From assembly GCA_035695105.1 (NCBI GenBank), contig DASSEV010000016.1:24345-88344 (forward strand): 64,000 bases of DNA. Direction: 5' to 3'. Position 1 is the stretch's first letter. Every line of letters begins with the position of its first letter. This document shows positions 60,753 through 64,000 of this stretch, in pieces. A program made the position numbers and the translations under genes. Origin of the DNA: Gaiellales bacterium (GTDB lineage: Bacteria; Actinomycetota; Thermoleophilia; Gaiellales; JAICJC01). The notes beneath the pieces were generated by a model. The model did no database searches, had not been told where the DNA came from, and saw only the letters and a program-made list of their open reading frames with translations.

Positions 60753-60934
60753 GCCGCCGGCCGCTTGCCGGCCACCAGCTCCACCACGCGCCGCGGCAGC
60801 CCGGTCACGTGCGTGACATCCTCGTCGCTCCACCCGGCGCGACGGGCCTCCTCGATCGCCACCTCAAACGCCCGCCGGGAGACGACGTATTGGAACGACG
60901 TCTCGACGAGCTGGTGGGAGATGCGATCGGCCAC
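60749..60934 (-). CDS. Small hypothetical protein (61 aa), candidate SOS-regulated gene
   Basis: VADRISHQLVETSFQYVVSRRAFEVAIEEARRAGWSDEDVTHVTGLPRRVVELVAGKRPAA has a possible helix-turn-helix at its C-terminus. The GTG start lies 9 nt after a TACGAT -10 and 21 nt after a perfect LexA box. Its stop and the prepilin-peptidase stop share the tetranucleotide CTAG. Confidence 0.45.
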   Translation of the reverse strand: MADRISHQLVETSFQYVVSRRAFEVAIEEARRAGWSDEDVTHVTGLPRRVVELVAGKRPAA

Positions 60935-60943
60935 GGGCGAGCG

Positions 60944-60969
60944 ATCGTAGACGATCGAACGTATGTTCG
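60944..60969 (-). promoter_or_regulatory. LexA box (60955..60969, TCGAACGTATGTTCG) plus -10-like TACGAT (60944..60949) driving the 61-aa ORF
   Basis: The minus strand reads GCGAACATACGTTCGA-tcgtc-TACGAT-cgctcgccc-GTG. The imuB promoter shows the same box, -10, short-gap, start-codon geometry. Confidence 0.65.
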
Positions 60970-60971
60970 CA

Positions 60972-61171
60972 AGATGAGTGATTCCACGGCGCCGTGCGGT
61001 CTGAGCGATCGGTAGGCGAGCAGCGCAAGGATCGAGGGAGGGCCGATATCGGGAATATCGGCCCGACCGAGGACGCCGCGATGCGAAGACCTACCGGACG
61101 CAGTCCCCACACAGTCGGCAACTATCCGCAGTGGGACGGTCAGACGTGCGGAGTCGTGGAATCACTCATCT
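60972..61171. repeat. 200-bp element bounded by 17-bp perfect inverted repeats (MITE-like or long-stem structured RNA), with an internal 10-bp hairpin
   Basis: AGATGAGTGATTCCACG (60972..60988) is the exact reverse complement of CGTGGAATCACTCATCT (61155..61171). The internal hairpin is GGGCCGATAT-cggga-ATATCGGCCC (61040..61064). The segment is visibly less GC-rich than its flanks. The right repeat overlaps the stop codon of the SDR gene. Confidence 0.6.
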
Positions 61172-61937
61172 ACCCGGGTTCGTTCGCCTCGTGTATTCGC
61201 CGCGCGATGCCGGCCGCGAGCGATCGCGGCACCAGCCGGGAGCCCATCGCCCCCAGGCGGTTCACCTTGCCGGGCACGACGACGGCCTTCCCGGCCATCA
61301 TGCCGGCATAGCCCTCGCCGGCGACCACATGCGCGTCCATCTCCGCCGCGCCGTTGACCCCGCTGCGGGCAACGCCGGCACGGCCTGCGAACGCCGACCG
61401 CGTCGGGCCCGGACAGAGCGCCGTGACGGTCACGCCCGTCCCGGATAGCTCCTGTCGCACGCCCTCGGAGAACGACAGCACGAACGCCTTGCTCGCGGCG
61501 TAGACGGTCATCAGCGGCCCAGGCTGGTATGCCGCCAGCGACGCCACGTTCAGGATCCGGCCGGATCCGCGCTCGATCATCGCCGGCAGGAACATCCGCG
61601 TCAGCTGGGTCAGCGCCGCGACGTTCACCTGCAGCATCTCGCTCAGCATGACGGGATCCTGCTCGGCGAACGAGCCGCGGTGGCCGAAGCCCGCGTTGTT
61701 CACCAGGAAGTCGACCTCGCCGCACTCGTCGTACACCGACAGCGGCGCGATCGGGTTGCTGAGGTCGCGCGGGATCGTGCGCACCTGCACAGCGAAGCGA
61801 TCCTCGAAGTCCCGCGCGATCGATTCCAGCCGCTCGCCGCTGCGCGCGACCAGCACGAGATCGTGCCCGTCGCCGGCGAAGAGCCGCGCCAGCTCGAGGC
61901 CGATGCCGCTCGAGGCGCCGGTCACAAGCGCGATCAC
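61170..61937 (-). CDS. Short-chain dehydrogenase/reductase (SDR) family oxidoreductase
   Basis: 255 aa: ALVTGASSGIGLELARLFA, NNAGFG, and the catalytic YAASKAF. Confidence 0.88.
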   Translation of the reverse strand: MIALVTGASSGIGLELARLFAGDGHDLVLVARSGERLESIARDFEDRFAVQVRTIPRDLSNPIAPLSVYDECGEVDFLVNNAGFGHRGSFAEQDPVMLSEMLQVNVAALTQLTRMFLPAMIERGSGRILNVASLAAYQPGPLMTVYAASKAFVLSFSEGVRQELSGTGVTVTALCPGPTRSAFAGRAGVARSGVNGAAEMDAHVVAGEGYAGMMAGKAVVVPGKVNRLGAMGSRLVPRSLAAGIARRIHEANEPG

Positions 61938-61946
61938 GCGCGGAGC

Positions 61947-62765
61947 TTATCCCTGTCGGACAGCCGCCTGCATCGCCGCGACGGGCGCCGGCAGCCCGGT
62001 GAGCAGACGGAAGGCGATCGCACCCTGGCCGACCAGCACATCGAGCCCGTCGACGGCCCGCAGGCGCCGGGTGCGCGCCGCCGTGATCAGGCCGGTCTCG
62101 GCCCCGTCGCCGCGGTAGGCGAGATCGCAGACGACCTCGACGCCGTCGAGCAGCGACTCGGGCACCGGCAGCTCGCCGGCAGCGCCCGCCTGGCCAACCG
62201 GCGTCGCGTTGACGAGCAGGGCGGGCGCCGACGCCGGCGGCCACGGCGCGGCCTCGATCTGGAGCTCGCCGGCCAGCTCGGCCGCGGCGTCGCTCCGGCG
62301 AGCGGCCACCGACACCCGCATCCCGGCGTCGCGCAGGGCGACGGCGGCCGCGCGGGCGGCGCCGCCGCCACCGAGCACCAGCGCCTCGCCGGAGGGCGGC
62401 TCGCCGATCGCGTCCAGCATCCCCGGCCCGTCGGTCGTCTCGCCGCGGAGCGAGCCGTCGCCGCCGACGAGCACGGTATTCACCGATCCGGCCCGCATCG
62501 CGGCCGGGGACAGCTCGTCGCACAGACCGGCGGTCGCCCGCTTGTGGGGAATGGTCACGTTCACCCCGGCGAATCCGAGCGCGCCGATGCCGCGAAGCGC
62601 CTGCTCCAGCCGCTCGGGCGCAACCGGCATCGCAACGTACGCCCAGTCCATGCCCAGCTTCGTGTAGGCGGCGTTGTGCATGCGCGGCGACCGCGAGTGG
62701 GCGACCGGCCAGCCGATCACCCCGGCCAGGCGGGTCGCCCCGCCGATCCGCCGCTCAGCCGCCAT
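61947..62765 (-). CDS. aroE: Shikimate dehydrogenase
   Basis: 272 aa: GVIGWPVAHSRSPRMHNAAY, GVNVTIPHK, NTV, VLGGGGAARAA. Confidence 0.88.
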   Translation of the reverse strand: MAAERRIGGATRLAGVIGWPVAHSRSPRMHNAAYTKLGMDWAYVAMPVAPERLEQALRGIGALGFAGVNVTIPHKRATAGLCDELSPAAMRAGSVNTVLVGGDGSLRGETTDGPGMLDAIGEPPSGEALVLGGGGAARAAAVALRDAGMRVSVAARRSDAAAELAGELQIEAAPWPPASAPALLVNATPVGQAGAAGELPVPESLLDGVEVVCDLAYRGDGAETGLITAARTRRLRAVDGLDVLVGQGAIAFRLLTGLPAPVAAMQAAVRQG

Positions 62766-63729
62766 GCGCCAGGAAGTCGTTGTAGTTGTTCGTGAAGTAG
62801 TGGGTGCCGTCGCCCTTGGCGACGTAGTACAGGTAGTCGACGTGGGCGGGATGCGCGGCCGCCTGCAGCGAGGCCAGCCCCGGGTTGCAGATCGGGGTCG
62901 GAGGCAGGCCGTGCCGCACCCGCGTGTTGTAGGGCGTGTTCGCCGCCAGCTCGCTCTCGGTCAGCTGGTGCGTCCAGGAGCCGTACTCGTAGAGCAGCGT
63001 GGCGTCGATGCCAAGCGTCATGTGCAGGTGCAGGCGGTTGTAGACGACCGCGGCGATCAGCGGGCGGTCCTTCGCCACATGCGCCTCGCGCTCGATCATG
63101 GATGCGATGGTCAGCACGTCGTAGGGCGTGAGGTTCTTCGACCGGGCATACGACATGTCGACCTGCGAGAAGTTCGCGTCGAACGCCGCGAGCTGCTGCG
63201 AGACGAGCGTCGCGGCTGTCTCGTGCGGCTTCACCTGATAGGTGGCGGGGAACATGAAGCCCTCCATGCTCGCGTGCCGCCCGAATCCGGCAGGGGGGCG
63301 AGCGGCGTGCACCGCCTGCAGGTACGACCGTTTCGAGATCCCGACGGTCGGCACCCGGTCGGCGATCTCGGAGATGCGGAAGCCCTCCGGTATCACCAGC
63401 GTCTTCGTCTGCACGGCGACCTGGCCCGCGTCCAGGGCCCTGATGATCACGTCGTAATCGGTGCCCGCCTGGAAGCGGTAGTGGCCCGCCTGGAAGTCCG
63501 CCCCCTCCCCCTGGCCCTTGGCGTAGTCGCGGAAGCGGCCCCCATCCGCCACCACCCCGTCCTTCTGCAGGATCGCGCCGATGCCCGAGGCGTCGGTTCC
63601 GCTGGGGATGACCACGGTGATGTAGGGCCCGTGGGGGTCGGCGGCCGGCTTCGACGCGTCGCCGAGGATGTGGCGCACCCCGACGAGCACGAGCAGGACG
63701 GCCGCTGCCAGCGCGGCGAGGGCGATCAG
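62755..63729 (-). CDS. mltG: Endolytic murein transglycosylase MltG (YceG-like); the start codon is non-canonical or unresolved
   Basis: The YceG core is present (ASMIEREAHVAKDRPLIAAVVYNRL, LGIDATLLY, YNTRVRHGLPPTPICNPG, FLAHG). The N-terminal TM anchor, LIALAALAAAVLLVLVGV, is encoded upstream of the first canonical start (GTG 63690). The 5' end is set at CTG 63729, which overlaps the ruvX TGA; ATT 63750 is an alternative. Confidence 0.8.
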   Translation of the reverse strand: MIALAALAAAVLLVLVGVRHILGDASKPAADPHGPYITVVIPSGTDASGIGAILQKDGVVADGGRFRDYAKGQGEGADFQAGHYRFQAGTDYDVIIRALDAGQVAVQTKTLVIPEGFRISEIADRVPTVGISKRSYLQAVHAARPPAGFGRHASMEGFMFPATYQVKPHETAATLVSQQLAAFDANFSQVDMSYARSKNLTPYDVLTIASMIEREAHVAKDRPLIAAVVYNRLHLHMTLGIDATLLYEYGSWTHQLTESELAANTPYNTRVRHGLPPTPICNPGLASLQAAAHPAHVDYLYYVAKGDGTHYFTNNYNDFLAHGG

Positions 63730-64000
63730 CCGGCGAGCCGTGTGAGGAATCCCTCGAGCAGGTGGGCGGCGGCCAACGCGTCGTCGCCGTGACGCGATCC
63801 GGGCGTGCGGCCCGCCAGCGTGGTCGTGAAGCGCTCGTCGTAGGTCTCGACCGGCACCGTCAGACGGCGCCGCAGACGGTCGACGAACGCGAGCGTCTCG
63901 CGCGCCTGCTCGCCCTCGCCGCCGCTCAGGGTCAGCGGCAGCCCGACGACCACCAGCTCCGCGTGCTCGTCCTCGATCCGCTGCACCAGGCGCCGCATGC
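63726..64000 (-). CDS. ruvX: Holliday-junction-resolvase-like nuclease RuvX/YqgF, C-terminal part; the gene starts beyond the window end
   Basis: ELVVVGLPLTLSGGEGEQARETLAFVDRLRRRL..VPVETYDERFTT...DDALAAAHLLEGFL. Its position upstream of mltG is the usual arrangement. Confidence 0.8.
   Translation of the reverse strand, partial: MRRLVQRIEDEHAELVVVGLPLTLSGGEGEQARETLAFVDRLRRRLTVPVETYDERFTTTLAGRTPGSRHGDDALAAAHLLEGFLTRLAG

Noticed and set aside
60975-61311. Plus-strand ORF 60994..61311 (105 aa) and the tiny MSDST... ORFs starting in each arm of the inverted repeat
   Set aside because: The 105-aa ORF runs antisense into the SDR gene and has no protein-like features. The two mini-ORFs (13 and 9 codons) begin identically only because the repeat arms are reverse complements. 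There is no independent support for either.

Overview
This is a very GC-rich chromosomal segment. By eye I estimate about 70% GC; I did not compute it. It is densely packed with about 70 protein genes, roughly three quarters of them on the minus strand. I found no rRNA, tRNA, CRISPR array, transposase or phage gene. Most of the long ORFs in the supplied track are Arg/Ala/Gly/Pro-rich shadow frames of real genes and were not called.

The content is mostly housekeeping:
- Cell division and wall: sepF, yggS, pgeF, murA, mltG, ruvX.
- His, shikimate and aromatic genes: hisD, aroE, aroC, aroK-aroB, aroQ.
- Translation: glyQS, efp, a multidomain CCA enzyme, ybaK.
- Nucleotide salvage: deoB, pdp, pyrG.
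- Central metabolism: ppdK with its regulator, a glycerol operon, ald, accC.
- DNA repair: recO, mutM, recN, xseB, xerD.

The block aroQ-pepQ-efp-accB(like)-accC-asp23-nusB-xseB-ispA-tlyA-nadK-recN keeps a Bacillus-like gene order. Together with Gram-positive-type LexA boxes and the high GC, this suggests a deep-branching Actinomycetota genome, possibly Thermoleophilia-like. That placement is an inference.

The most interesting signals:
1. An SOS network marked by three near-identical TCGAAC-N4-GTTCG boxes. It comprises a dispersed imuB / dnaE2 mutasome with no imuA', a small ORF translationally coupled to dnaE2 that looks like a detached ImuB C-terminal module, and a 61-aa ORF of unknown function.
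2. A 200-bp element bounded by 17-bp perfect inverted repeats, next to the third LexA box.
3. A two-copy 33-nt palindromic element family, each copy starting inside a stop codon.
4. ispA and mltG, whose conserved N-termini are encoded upstream of any ATG/GTG/TTG. In both, a CTG overlaps the upstream TGA (CTGA), in a genome where NTGA start/stop overlaps are pervasive.
5. A 590-aa protein in the accB position, made of a BCCP domain fused to a carboxyltransferase TIM-barrel that has lost three of its four metal ligands.
6. Two tandem paralogous mini-genes for small membrane proteins, one of them below the ORF-track size cutoff.

All functional calls come from reading the translated sequences. 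No database search was possible.
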